Part shown: positions 1-10,002 of the stretch, one piece after another
Numbering within the stretch: position 1 is the first letter of the stretch
Layout of the letters: every line of letters begins with the position of its first letter
Program-made: the position numbers and the translations under genes
Notes under the pieces: generated by a model
The model's input: the letters and a program-made list of their open reading frames with translations, nothing else
The model's database searches: none
Told to the model about the DNA's origin: nothing
Origin: Candidatus Enterousia sp.
GTDB taxonomy: Bacteria > Pseudomonadota > Alphaproteobacteria > Rs-D84
Assembly (NCBI GenBank): GCA_045651525.1
Contig: JAZRSO010000032.1
Coordinates: forward strand, 4,523 to 68,522
DNA length: 64,000 nucleotides
Reading direction: 5' to 3'

Positions 1-20
1 TGAAATTTCAAGGTTAAAAT

Positions 21-45
21 AAAACACCCCAAACGGGGTGTTTTT
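21..45. terminator. Rho-independent terminator hairpin, 3' of the 44..463 minus-strand CDS
   Basis: ACACCCC-AAAC-GGGGTGT stem-loop flanked by an A-run and a T-run; overlaps the TAA stop at 44-46. Confidence 0.6.
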
Positions 46-463
46 ACATTTCTTTGGATGTGGTTTGTTTGTGTATAATTTCTTTTTGTTGCTCATAGCG
101 AATAGTAACAGATTCACAAACTTCTTGCATACTGCTGTCTGTAAAAACTATGCTGTCATAAAGTTCACCGCGTATTGGTTCTATGTTGCATCTAGCAATA
201 ATCTTGTCATTTTGTAATAGACGAACAGTATATGGGTTTATTAATACTTCGTATAAAATTTTACCGTTTGCATCAACCAGCTGATAGTGTCCTTCGTCAT
301 TGGTTTCGCTGATTGCATCTATTGCAACTATTTTTACATCTGGACGTCCAAGTGTTTGGTTAAATGCCCTTAATGCTTCGTGGGTTAGTAGTATTGGTTC
401 AAACCCCTTTTTTGTGATTTTATTTTTTGCGTCAATAAGTGATTTTGTTTTGTTATTAGCCAT
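44..463 (-). CDS. Hypothetical protein (139 aa)
   Basis: Intact ORF 11 nt downstream of the lpoA-like gene on the same strand, followed by a terminator. No recognisable motif; does not look like YraN. Confidence 0.5.
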   Translation of the reverse strand: MANNKTKSLIDAKNKITKKGFEPILLTHEALRAFNQTLGRPDVKIVAIDAISETNDEGHYQLVDANGKILYEVLINPYTVRLLQNDKIIARCNIEPIRGELYDSIVFTDSSMQEVCESVTIRYEQQKEIIHKQTTSKEM

Positions 464-474
464 TTTTATTCCTT

Positions 475-2070
475 TTATTCTTCAACAACATATTCGTCAA
501 TATATGTGCGTTTTACTGATTTTTGTTTCGCAGATTCAAATTCTGCTGGCTTTATAACAGTGTTATCAGATTCAACAGTTACAATATTTTCTTGGATTGG
601 TGTTGTTTTTGTTTTGATGTTTGCGCCGATTGTTTTGCTGCGATATTTATCACGAAATCTTTCTGGCAGGCGGATGTAATCATCGGGATCAATGCCAATT
701 GTTTCCAGTTCCATCGCAGATGCAGGTGTTATTTCTGTTGGATCTATGCTGTATATCGGTGTTATAAAATTGGTTTGTGCAGGTCTGATTTCAGATGGTG
801 TGCCGGAACCGTTTAACTGCATAATACGTAATGCGCGTTCGTTGGCGCCGTTTTGTTTAATTCTGAATATGCCGTCTGTGCCGATATAACCACTGGGCGA
901 TAACAAGTATTCTGTATTTGATTTGTTAGAACGTATCATTCCAATTGCAAAATTTGCTGCGTCATATCCAAATCCAGCCAAACGATTTGGCGCAACACCA
1001 TAAACCTGTTCATATGTGGTGGCAAATTCAGTATTTGTTGCAGGTAGTGTCGTGTATTTCGCACCGCTTAGCGTATAATCAGATGCGATATCAGAGCCGT
1101 CCCACATTGTTGTTCCATAAAACGCTGCATCGCGCGCACCAACGTTATAGTAACGCAAGAATGATGCCAATGCCTTGGTGTCATCGCCATTGCCCAGGAA
1201 CAATACACCATCAAACGGTACATTGCCGACTGTTTCTGTTTTTTCCAATTTTTCCAATTGGGTGTTCAGATTTGACTTTTCAATTGGGGATAATGTTTCA
1301 TTGGTCAAGACGTCTGATATAACCTGACGGGCGCGGGTGTGTGCGGCTGTGCGGGTGTTGTACATTGATGCAGACAATGCCGCGTTTTTAATTGAATCAG
1401 AATCTTTTTCGGTATAGTAAAATATTCCGATAAGTGGCATTTCATACGCGTTGGCAGCAATCTTGGCAGTGCCTGCCATCATACGGCCTGAATTTGTATC
1501 AGGTGCAATTATAATGAATCTTTTAATATCATCAGACTTGATTTGTTTAACGATTTCTTCAACCCCATTTGTTGGCATCAGTGCCATAGACATAACGCCA
1601 TCGCCAACTGCGTTTGCGTCAGATGTCAGTGATAAAACAGGTGTTTCAGATAACTTGTTTTTCTTTATAATATGTGCGTTTTGTGCAAACAATGGCCCAA
1701 TGATAATATCTGGATTTGTTGCCAATGCGTTTGTCGCAGCATCGTTCATATTTCCGTATGTGTCATAAAAAGATACAGATATGTCTGGGGTTTTGCGTTC
1801 CAATACCGCCAGTTCAACAGACTGACGTATTGATTTGCCAATCTGGGCGTTGGTACCAGACAGTGGTAACAGCACTGCAATACGATGATTTACATCGTCT
1901 TCGTATGTGCCATATACATTTGATGTTTGTATTTGTTTTAAGTCAGCAGGTGTACCAACAAATGTGTCGTCTGATACAGACCAATCACTGTCGCCAACAT
2001 AATTGCCAACGGTACAACCTGATAAAGCCAAAATAGCCAACAAATATGTAAAAAATTTATTTATATACAT
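475..2070 (-). CDS. lpoA: Penicillin-binding protein activator LpoA-like lipoprotein (periplasmic-binding-protein type I fold)
   Basis: Lipobox LAILALSGC near the N-terminus. Leu/Ile/Val-binding-protein-like body. Divergent from rsmI as in E. coli lpoA/rsmI. Start ambiguous (ATG at 2070, 2082, 2097 or 2124). Confidence 0.55.
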   Translation of the reverse strand: MYINKFFTYLLAILALSGCTVGNYVGDSDWSVSDDTFVGTPADLKQIQTSNVYGTYEDDVNHRIAVLLPLSGTNAQIGKSIRQSVELAVLERKTPDISVSFYDTYGNMNDAATNALATNPDIIIGPLFAQNAHIIKKNKLSETPVLSLTSDANAVGDGVMSMALMPTNGVEEIVKQIKSDDIKRFIIIAPDTNSGRMMAGTAKIAANAYEMPLIGIFYYTEKDSDSIKNAALSASMYNTRTAAHTRARQVISDVLTNETLSPIEKSNLNTQLEKLEKTETVGNVPFDGVLFLGNGDDTKALASFLRYYNVGARDAAFYGTTMWDGSDIASDYTLSGAKYTTLPATNTEFATTYEQVYGVAPNRLAGFGYDAANFAIGMIRSNKSNTEYLLSPSGYIGTDGIFRIKQNGANERALRIMQLNGSGTPSEIRPAQTNFITPIYSIDPTEITPASAMELETIGIDPDDYIRLPERFRDKYRSKTIGANIKTKTTPIQENIVTVESDNTVIKPAEFESAKQKSVKRTYIDEYVVEE

Positions 2071-2118
2071 TGAAAAATCCATTTTATTTTGTATCATTTT
2101 ACTATAAAAGGATTCTAA

Positions 2119-2913
2119 ATGCAATCAGGGCTTTATATTGTTGGTACTCCAATTGGAAATTTGTCTGATATGTCGCCACGCGCGATAGAGATTTTACAAT
2201 CTGTTGATTTAATCGCGGCCGAAGATACACGCGTGTTTGGTAAATTGGCGGCTCATTTTGAAATAAAAACAAAACGTATTTCTTGTCATGAGCATAACGA
2301 GCGTGATGTTGTGCCAGATTTGATTGAAAAAATCCAAAATGGTATGGCAATCGCGGCGGTCAGTGATGCAGGTATGCCGGGCATCAGTGACCCTGGATTC
2401 AGATTGGTGCGTGCTGCACGTGAAGCAGGGGTGCCTGTATTTGTTGTGCCAGGACCTGTGGCGGCAATTTCTGCATTGGTGTTATCTGGATTCCCAACAG
2501 ACAGGTTTACATTCTGTGGGTTCTTTGATGAAAAGAAGCTGCGTGATGATAATAAAATCCCACATACGATAATTTATTACGAAAGTCCAAATCGTGTTAT
2601 GAATACGATTTCGGCCTTGGCGCGTGTTATGCCAGAACGCAAAATTGCAATTGTTCGTGAAATTACAAAAATTCACGAAGAAACAATTATTGGATATCCG
2701 TCTGAATTGATGAACATAACACCGCCTCGTGGGGAAATAGTGATTGTTGTTGGACCGCGTCCTGAACATAAAATGACAGATGCAGAAATCAGCGATATTG
2801 TAAATGATATTGCAGCAACTTCTATGAAAAGTGCGGCGGCTGATTTAGCATTGCGTGCCGGTATCTCAAAAAAAGAAGCGTATAAACGATTGCTAGAAAC
2901 AGGGAATAAATAA
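2119..2913 (+). CDS. rsmI: 16S rRNA (cytidine1402-2'-O)-methyltransferase RsmI
   Basis: N-terminal LYIVGTPIGNLSDMSPRAIEILQSVDLIAAEDTR tetrapyrrole-methylase-type motif; AAGGA SD 5-10 nt upstream. Confidence 0.9.
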   Translation: MQSGLYIVGTPIGNLSDMSPRAIEILQSVDLIAAEDTRVFGKLAAHFEIKTKRISCHEHNERDVVPDLIEKIQNGMAIAAVSDAGMPGISDPGFRLVRAAREAGVPVFVVPGPVAAISALVLSGFPTDRFTFCGFFDEKKLRDDNKIPHTIIYYESPNRVMNTISALARVMPERKIAIVREITKIHEETIIGYPSELMNITPPRGEIVIVVGPRPEHKMTDAEISDIVNDIAATSMKSAAADLALRAGISKKEAYKRLLETGNK

Positions 2914-3467
2914 TGATTAAATTTGTGGGCAGTTTTGAAACTGTGAAATCTTTGCCAAAAACACAATTTGCAGAATATGCGTTTATCGGACGCAGTAATG
3001 TTGGTAAATCTTCATTGATAAATGCAGTTGTGGGAATGCCAATTGCGCGTACTTCTAATACGCCTGGGCGAACACAAAGTTTAAATCTGTTCAATCTGGA
3101 CGACAGGGTTATGATTGTAGATTTGCCGGGTTATGGTTATGCCAAGGTTTCCAAGATGGACGCAATGCGCTGGTTGCAAAGATTAGAAGATTATCTGTTG
3201 AATCGCAGTCAGTTAAAGCGTCTGTTTATTTTGATAGATTCGCGAATTGGGGCGCGTGATTCTGATTTAGATTTGATGGATTTTTGTGACGCAAATGCAA
3301 TTCCATATCAGATTGTTTATACGAAAAAAGACAAAAAAGTTCGTGAACAAAAACAAACTGAAATTGTGCATACTGACCATGGTGCAATGATTCCAGAAAT
3401 ATTATACACATCTGCAGAAAAGAAAACAGGTCTTGATAATATAAAGGCGACACTTGGCATCAAATAA
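2913..3467 (+). CDS. engB: Ribosome-biogenesis GTPase EngB/YihA
   Basis: G1 GRSNVGKSSLINA, G3 DLPGYG, G4 TKKD; start overlaps the rsmI stop (TAATG). Confidence 0.9.
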   Translation: MIKFVGSFETVKSLPKTQFAEYAFIGRSNVGKSSLINAVVGMPIARTSNTPGRTQSLNLFNLDDRVMIVDLPGYGYAKVSKMDAMRWLQRLEDYLLNRSQLKRLFILIDSRIGARDSDLDLMDFCDANAIPYQIVYTKKDKKVREQKQTEIVHTDHGAMIPEILYTSAEKKTGLDNIKATLGIK

Positions 3468-5955
3468 GAATGTTTTTTATGCGACAAATCCAGCGCGTAT
3501 TTCAGATGCGTTGTGGCAGGTTATGTCTGAATCTGGGGTTGATGTTGCCGATATGCTGATATTCTTGCCCAGCCGTCGCGCTGTTCGCAGTGTGGAAAAA
3601 ATGATTGCAGAAAAAAAGGGTGGGGTGGCAATATTGCCAACACTGGTACCGCTTGGTGATGGTGCAGATTTTGATGAATCCGATGATGATGTAACAGGTG
3701 AAATTTCTGATACAGAACGTGTTGTTGTCTTGGCAAAATTATTGGCTGCGGATGCAAGTGTTGGAAATTTATCAACAGGATTATTGTTGGCACATGATTT
3801 GGTGCGTATGCAGGATTATCTGGAAAATGAAGGCGTTGATGCAGCCAGTATTGATTGGGACAGTTTGGTTGATGAAAAATATGCAACACATTTTCAAAAC
3901 AAAGCGCGAATATTAAATATATTGTCTGGGTTTTCAAAATTGTATGCCAATGGTCGTATGACTGGGGTACAGGTCAGAAATCGTGATATTCGTAATTGGG
4001 TAAATCATTTTGATAAATATAAATTAGTTATTGTGTGCGCATCGACCGCCAGTGTGCCGGCGACGGCTGATTTAATGCGGGCGGTATATAATTTGCCACA
4101 TGGACGAATAATTTTGTCTGGTAAAATAGATGGTCGTGTTGCGGACTTTGAATTAGATACAAATCCATATAATTCTGAACATAAGTTTTTAAATAGTGTT
4201 GGTCTGACGCAGGCTGATGTTTTGCCAATTGATGTGGGCGCATCTGCAATTGACTTTATGAATTATGCGTTTGGTAATGATTGTTCTTCTTTAAGCGTTG
4301 ATACAGATTTATCGCATTGCCATCTGGTTGTCGCCCCAACTGAAGCGGTCGAGGCATCAGCCGTCGCGCATATCACAAGGCGCGCGTTGGATGAAAATAA
4401 ATCTGTTTTGATTATTACGCCAGACGCGGCCGGAAATCAACGTATCGCAAATGCGTTTGTGGCACATGGTATTGATGCAGATTTTTCATCTGCCACGTCT
4501 GGCACAATGACAAATACAGGACGCGCATTATTAAATTTGATGGACAGTTGGATTGAATCAGGCAGTGGTGTTTTTGATAAAATATATACTCAATCTGAGT
4601 TTAATTTGTTTGAGACGGTTGCAAAAATTGTTGATGAAAATGTGGCTGATTTTCGTCCTGCATTTATTGCGGATGATGATACAAGTGTGCAGATATGGAC
4701 TGAAATAAAGAAAGTGTCTGATGCGTTGGTTGCGGCTGATATAAAACTGACATTGGCAGATGCACGTGCTTTTATTGCAGATGCGTTATCAAATGTGTCT
4801 GAGCGTGGTGCAATGAAAACAGATGCGCGTGTTGTTGTGTTGGGTACTATTGAATCACGTATGCAGACCGCAGATGTTGTTATCTTAACAGGTTTAAATG
4901 ACGGGATGTTCCCAGCCCAAGGGTATGAAAACGCATGGTTGCCGACGCATGTGGCAAAAGATATTGGATTGCCATCACCAAACAGAAAAGTATCTTTGCA
5001 ATCACTGGACTTTATGAATTTGTCATGTGGTGGTGAAGTATATTGGTTGCGTTCCGCTGTGTCTGGTGGCGTGCAAACCAGTGAATCCAGATTTATATCA
5101 CGCGTAATCGCCAGACGTGCAAATGTTGATATAAAAACAGGTGAAAAAATTATCGCGGATGTTTTGTCCCAAGATGATGTACCGTATCATCCGTTGGATG
5201 AAAGTGTGCCAACACCACCGGCGGATTGGTCTGATGTGTTTGTGACAGAGTTAGAATTATTGATTCACAACCCATATGCTTTTTATGTTCGTCATATTTT
5301 AAAGTTGCGTGTGTTGGATGATTATTGGGTTGTTGCAGATGCGCGTAAGTTTGGCAATCTGGTGCATGGTGTTATTGAAAATGCAACAGATTTGCGACCT
5401 GATGTTTTGGTGGCACAAATGGATGCGGCAGCATTGGAAATTCTGGGACGTGGCAGTATTTTATTCCATTTCTGGCATAAAAGATTTTTGGAAATTGCAC
5501 CTGTGATCGCAAATGAATTGACCAAGATTCAAAATGCAAAATCTGAAATCGAAGGTGGTATAAAAATCGCAGGACGAAATGTTCGCGCCCGTGCAGACTT
5601 GGTTTGGGATGGTGGGGTTATGGATTTCAAGACTGGTGCCGCGCCAAATAAAAAACAATTGCTGGACGGTAATATGCCACAGTTACCATTAGAGGCATTT
5701 ATGTTGCAATCTGGTGGTTTTAAAATTCAAACAAGTCCGCTTTCAAATGCACCAATAATGAAATTTTTACAGTTAAAAAATAATGATGTTCGTGTGATTG
5801 AATATGACGCGACGACAACGCAACAAATGATAAATGCAGCTGTTGCCAAGACCACAGAATTGTTCAATATGTATTCTGCTGGTAATGCAGGTTATGAATA
5901 TCACGAAACAAATGAGGTCAGGTATAAAATTTATGATGATTTAAAACGGGTGTGA
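3454..5955 (+). CDS. addB: Double-strand break repair protein AddB (alphaproteobacterial type, PD-(D/E)XK C-terminal domain)
   Basis: 833-aa ORF. C-terminal GNLVHGVIE ... RADLVWDGGVMDFKTG nuclease-like motifs. TTG start at 3454 is uncertain. Confidence 0.7.
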   Translation: MASNKNVFYATNPARISDALWQVMSESGVDVADMLIFLPSRRAVRSVEKMIAEKKGGVAILPTLVPLGDGADFDESDDDVTGEISDTERVVVLAKLLAADASVGNLSTGLLLAHDLVRMQDYLENEGVDAASIDWDSLVDEKYATHFQNKARILNILSGFSKLYANGRMTGVQVRNRDIRNWVNHFDKYKLVIVCASTASVPATADLMRAVYNLPHGRIILSGKIDGRVADFELDTNPYNSEHKFLNSVGLTQADVLPIDVGASAIDFMNYAFGNDCSSLSVDTDLSHCHLVVAPTEAVEASAVAHITRRALDENKSVLIITPDAAGNQRIANAFVAHGIDADFSSATSGTMTNTGRALLNLMDSWIESGSGVFDKIYTQSEFNLFETVAKIVDENVADFRPAFIADDDTSVQIWTEIKKVSDALVAADIKLTLADARAFIADALSNVSERGAMKTDARVVVLGTIESRMQTADVVILTGLNDGMFPAQGYENAWLPTHVAKDIGLPSPNRKVSLQSLDFMNLSCGGEVYWLRSAVSGGVQTSESRFISRVIARRANVDIKTGEKIIADVLSQDDVPYHPLDESVPTPPADWSDVFVTELELLIHNPYAFYVRHILKLRVLDDYWVVADARKFGNLVHGVIENATDLRPDVLVAQMDAAALEILGRGSILFHFWHKRFLEIAPVIANELTKIQNAKSEIEGGIKIAGRNVRARADLVWDGGVMDFKTGAAPNKKQLLDGNMPQLPLEAFMLQSGGFKIQTSPLSNAPIMKFLQLKNNDVRVIEYDATTTQQMINAAVAKTTELFNMYSAGNAGYEYHETNEVRYKIYDDLKRV

Positions 5956-5956
5956 T

Positions 5957-6727
5957 TTATTTTATTTCAATCATCAGTCCACAATGGTCTGTTGGTTTTT
6001 CAGCCAGTCTTGGTTCAATGTCTATTTCACAATTTTTGACCATCTTTGCGGCCGATTTATTGCACAGAAAATAATCCAGTCGCAGACCTTGTTTATTTCC
6101 AACTGTATCACGGCCACGATAACCATACCATGTATAATCAATTTCGTCTGGGTGCAGGTTGCGCCATGCGTCTGTCCAACCAGAATCCAGCCATTCGTTC
6201 ATAATGGCGCGCGCCTGGGGGGCAGAAATTGCAACACCTTCGTAATTTTTTGGCTTCCATATATCCCTGTCTTCGATTGCGACATTAAAGTCGCCACCAA
6301 TAATAACGGGTTCTTCTGAGTTCAGATATTGTGCGATGTATTGTGTAAATGCACGCATCCATTCCAGTTTATATGGAAACTTTGGTGATGTAACCAAGTC
6401 GCCATTTGGCATATACACATTGATTACACGTACGCGACCATCAATCACGCATTCCAAGAATCGTGCGTTTGTATCTGGGTATGTTGGCATACCCATTGTT
6501 ACATCTTCGATAGAATATTTTGAAAATACAGCAACGCCATTCCATGACTTTTGACCAAAAACCTTTACATTATATCCGTATTCATCAAAGACCATATGTG
6601 GAAAGTTTGCGGTTTCAACCTTTAATTCCTGGACCAAGATTGTGTCGTATTCGCCGGCACGCAGAATGTCAATAAAACTTTCAATATGGGCGCGGATAGA
6701 GTTTATATTTAATGTCAGTATTTTCAT
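5957..6727 (-). CDS. xth: Exodeoxyribonuclease III
   Basis: MKILTLNINSIRA, GDFNVA and DHCGL motifs of the EEP/ExoIII family. Confidence 0.9.
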   Translation of the reverse strand: MKILTLNINSIRAHIESFIDILRAGEYDTILVQELKVETANFPHMVFDEYGYNVKVFGQKSWNGVAVFSKYSIEDVTMGMPTYPDTNARFLECVIDGRVRVINVYMPNGDLVTSPKFPYKLEWMRAFTQYIAQYLNSEEPVIIGGDFNVAIEDRDIWKPKNYEGVAISAPQARAIMNEWLDSGWTDAWRNLHPDEIDYTWYGYRGRDTVGNKQGLRLDYFLCNKSAAKMVKNCEIDIEPRLAEKPTDHCGLMIEIK

Positions 6728-6798
6728 ATTTGCAATCCTGTTTCTTGTTCTGTATAATACCCATTGTCCAATATAAAAACAACAAGGAAATTTTTACT

Positions 6799-8379
6799 AT
6801 GAATATGTATCAGTTACTGGAACGTACCGCACAAACATGGCCTGATAATTTGTATCTGGTCCGCGAAGGCGTTACATACAAAGAATTCATTAACTTGGTC
6901 AAGGCGCGCGCTGCATCGTTGGATGCCGCCGGTGTTAAAAAGGGCGATGTTGTCGGTATTTTGTCGCACAATATCCCAGAATTCCCAATTACTATGTTTG
7001 CAATTTGGTATTTGGGTGGAACTGTATTGTTGCTGGATACAAATCTGACACCATTTGAATATGACAATATGGCATCTATTACAAATTGTCATATGGTATG
7101 CGCTGAAAAGTCTTTTGTTTACAAGACCAGTAAATTTAAATTCTATGACATAACTAAAAAAGATGGCAAGGTAAAACCAGAGTTAAAGCCTGCAAATGTT
7201 GAATCATTGGATATTGCAACAATGTCATTTACATCTGGGTCAACAGGCGTACCAAAGGTTGTACCATTGACGCACTTTAATATTGTTGAGTGCACCAATT
7301 CATTAGAATCAATGGCAGAATGGATTAAACCTGGTGACTATCTGTATGGCTTTTTGCCAATGTATCACGTGTTTGGTTTTGCAGTTGAAGTTTTGGCAAC
7401 ACTGCATTATGGCGCAGGTGTGTTATTGCAGCCAACAATCAATCCAAAAGAAATTATGGCAGATTTCAAGAAATTCCGTCCACAGGTTATCCCAGCTGTG
7501 CCAAGATTATGGGAAGTTTTCCGTAATAAAATCATTGACAATGTCAAGGCACAAAAGAAATGGGGATTGGTATCTTTTGTATTAAAGTACGGTAAAACAT
7601 TGAATAAAATCGGGCTTGGATTCTTGGTACGCAAGGTACAAAAACCAATCTTGGATGTGTTTGGTGGTCGTGCACGCTTGCTGATTGCTGGTGGTGCTGC
7701 CACAAAGCCAGAGGTTGAAACATTCTATGAACGTTTGGGATTGACCTTTATTCAAGGGTATGGACTGACAGAAACTGTTGGGCCAATCTGTATTTCAAAG
7801 CCAACCAAGAAACGTTTCCCATTTGCGTTTGGTGCGCCAACATTGAACAACGAATGTGAAATTCGTGATAAAGACGAAGATGGTGTTGGTGTTCTGTGGT
7901 TGCGTGGTCATCAGGTTTTTGGTGGTTACTTGAATAACGAAGAAGCCAACAAAGAAATCTTTGATGAACGCGGCTTCTTTAATACAGGTGACATGGTTAC
8001 AATGGATAAAAATGGTGAATTGCACTTTGCGGGTCGCAAAAAGCAAGTTATCGTTTTGGACAGTGGTAAAAATGTTTATCCAGATGAGCTGGAAGGTATG
8101 TTTATCACAATCCCAGGTGTAAAAAATGTTGCTGTATTTGAACATGTTGTCAAAGACAAGACTGTTACATATGGTGTATTCAGTGTTGAACCAGATATGA
8201 CAATGGAAAAACTGGGGGCGGCGATTGCGGCGGCAAATAAAAAGGTTGCAAGTTACAAGTGGGTTACACACTATGCGATGACAACCGAAGATTTGCCACT
8301 GACAGGTACGCAAAAGGTTAAACATCATCAAGTTCGCAAGAATTTGATTGATGGGAAATATCCAAACCGCCACGAGTAA
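6799..8379 (+). CDS. AMP-dependent synthetase/ligase (long-chain acyl-CoA synthetase-like)
   Basis: AMP-binding motif SFTSGSTGVPKVV, plus YGLTE and TGD motifs. ATG at 6799 with AAGGAAA SD is preferred over the 6712 ORF start, which overlaps xth. Confidence 0.85.
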   Translation: MNMYQLLERTAQTWPDNLYLVREGVTYKEFINLVKARAASLDAAGVKKGDVVGILSHNIPEFPITMFAIWYLGGTVLLLDTNLTPFEYDNMASITNCHMVCAEKSFVYKTSKFKFYDITKKDGKVKPELKPANVESLDIATMSFTSGSTGVPKVVPLTHFNIVECTNSLESMAEWIKPGDYLYGFLPMYHVFGFAVEVLATLHYGAGVLLQPTINPKEIMADFKKFRPQVIPAVPRLWEVFRNKIIDNVKAQKKWGLVSFVLKYGKTLNKIGLGFLVRKVQKPILDVFGGRARLLIAGGAATKPEVETFYERLGLTFIQGYGLTETVGPICISKPTKKRFPFAFGAPTLNNECEIRDKDEDGVGVLWLRGHQVFGGYLNNEEANKEIFDERGFFNTGDMVTMDKNGELHFAGRKKQVIVLDSGKNVYPDELEGMFITIPGVKNVAVFEHVVKDKTVTYGVFSVEPDMTMEKLGAAIAAANKKVASYKWVTHYAMTTEDLPLTGTQKVKHHQVRKNLIDGKYPNRHE

Positions 8380-8674
8380 AAATTAAATCTAATAGTATAT
8401 CTACGAACAAACCCGAAACCTCATGTAACTTCTGTACACTACGGTTTCGGGTTTGTGCGTATCTACACTATTATCTTTTATTTTTTTACACTAATCACGG
8501 GTGGTTGGGGCAACTCATGTAACGTTATGTACACTACGCCATTGCCAACCCGTTTATCTATACCATTATCTTTAATTTTTTTACACTAATCACGGGTGGT
8601 TGGGGCACCTCATGTAACTTCTGTACACTACGGTTTCGGGTTTGTGCGTATCTACACTATTATCTTTAATTTTA
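8380..8674 (+). repeat. Three tandem ~100-bp palindromic repeat units (family P), starting right after the stop codon
   Basis: Loops TCATGTAACTTCTGTACACTAC at 8421-8442, 8515-8537 (variant) and 8610-8631. Flanking complementary GC-rich stems and AT-rich terminal inverted repeats AAATTAAA..TAAT / ATTATCTTTAATTT. Confidence 0.9.
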
Positions 8675-8706
8675 TAAAAAAATCCCCTATGTTTGGGGAT
8701 TTTTTA
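8675..8706. terminator. Bidirectional rho-independent terminator between the convergent ligase gene and mnmE
   Basis: A-run, ATCCCC-TATGTTT-GGGGAT hairpin, T-run; overlaps the mnmE stop. Confidence 0.7.
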
Positions 8707-10002
8707 TTTTCCTAAACAAAGTTGGCCGAATGTCATGTCCATAACCTCGGACGCGGTGATGGTGCCAAGTATTTTTCCAATGGCGTCTGCGGCGCGACGG
8801 GTGTGTTCTGCGAAAATGTCGTAATTGTCGCCGGCGTCAATCGCGTTTTCCAATTCGATGTATGCAGATTCCAGTAATGACTTTGTACGCGCGTTTACAG
8901 ATACAGTTGATTCTGCGCCGTCAAACATTTTATGAATTTGTTTGCGTAACGTATTCATCAAATCGCCCATCCCGTCGCCTGATTTTGCAGATGTATAAAT
9001 CGCATTTTTACAATCGTGGTTTTTGATTGTATCTGATTTGTTTATAACAACAATTTCGTTGTTGTCTGGATTGTTGCAAGCCACAGAATCTGGCCTATAG
9101 ACGTGAATTACAATATCTGCATTTTCAATTTCAGACATTGTGCGTTCAATGCCAATGTTTTCAATTGTGTCGTCTGTTTCACGAATGCCTGCGGTGTCAG
9201 ATAAATTTACCATAAATCCATCAATATCGATTGTGCTGGACACAACGTCGCGTGTTGTGCCGGCGATATCAGATACGATTGCACGATTTGTGCCAACCAT
9301 ATAATTAAAGATTGATGATTTTCCGACATTTGTTTCGCCGGCCAATACGACATTTATTCCGCCACGAATACTGCGTGCAGTTTTGTATTGTGTCAGTGCA
9401 TTTCCAATTTCGTTATATAATTGTTTTGCGCTGTTTTGGACTGTGTCGCATATGTTTGCAGGCAAATCATCTGGACTGTAATCAAGAATTGCGGCGGCGT
9501 ATGCAGAAACCTCTATCATCTTGTTGCGCCAGTTGTTGTATATTTTGCTGTCAAATCCCATCATTGAACGCAGGGCGTGTTTGCGTTGCATATCTGTCTG
9601 TGCGTCCAATAATGCCGCCAATCCATCAATATCTGCCAAATCCATTTTGTTGTTATAAAATGCACGTCTGGAAAATTCCCCAGGTGTTGCCATGCGCATA
9701 TTTTTTGTTTGTAAAAAATCGAAGACCTTGTTTATAACCGCAGGTGCACCGTGTGTATGCAATTCAATAACGTCTTCGCCTGTAAAAGAATTTGGGGCAG
9801 GGAAGTAAATTGCCAAACACTGGTCAATCAAGTCATTATTTTCATCACGCAGATTTGTAAAATACGCGTGGCGTGGTATTGAATCTGATTTGTTTATAAA
9901 TGTTGCAAATATATCAGATAAGTTTTCGCCAGAAATACGAATGACGGAAACACCAGATTTTCCATGTCCACTTGATAATGCGAAAATTGTGTCATTATTC
10001 AT
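8704..10002 (-). CDS. mnmE: tRNA modification GTPase MnmE (TrmE)
   Basis: G-domain GETNVGKSSIFN, DTAGIR, NKSD; C-terminal CLGK tetrapeptide. Confidence 0.92.
   Translation of the reverse strand: MNNDTIFALSSGHGKSGVSVIRISGENLSDIFATFINKSDSIPRHAYFTNLRDENNDLIDQCLAIYFPAPNSFTGEDVIELHTHGAPAVINKVFDFLQTKNMRMATPGEFSRRAFYNNKMDLADIDGLAALLDAQTDMQRKHALRSMMGFDSKIYNNWRNKMIEVSAYAAAILDYSPDDLPANICDTVQNSAKQLYNEIGNALTQYKTARSIRGGINVVLAGETNVGKSSIFNYMVGTNRAIVSDIAGTTRDVVSSTIDIDGFMVNLSDTAGIRETDDTIENIGIERTMSEIENADIVIHVYRPDSVACNNPDNNEIVVINKSDTIKNHDCKNAIYTSAKSGDGMGDLMNTLRKQIHKMFDGAESTVSVNARTKSLLESAYIELENAIDAGDNYDIFAEHTRRAADAIGKILGTITASEVMDMTFGQLCLGK

Noticed and set aside
6712-6798. N-terminal ORF extensions in the supplied track (6712, 16845, 16896, 19902, 28304, 36104, 51999, 58441, 59876, 61424, 62115)
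   Set aside because: In each case an internal ATG (TTG for the 51999 ORF) follows a recognisable SD, matches the expected N-terminus of the family, and removes an implausible overlap with a neighbouring gene.
8380-8674. Tandem repeats that could be mistaken for a CRISPR array
   Set aside because: Units are about 95-105 bp and each is internally palindromic. There are no 25-40-bp unique spacers between short repeats, no leader and no cas genes nearby. The same units occur singly at other loci.
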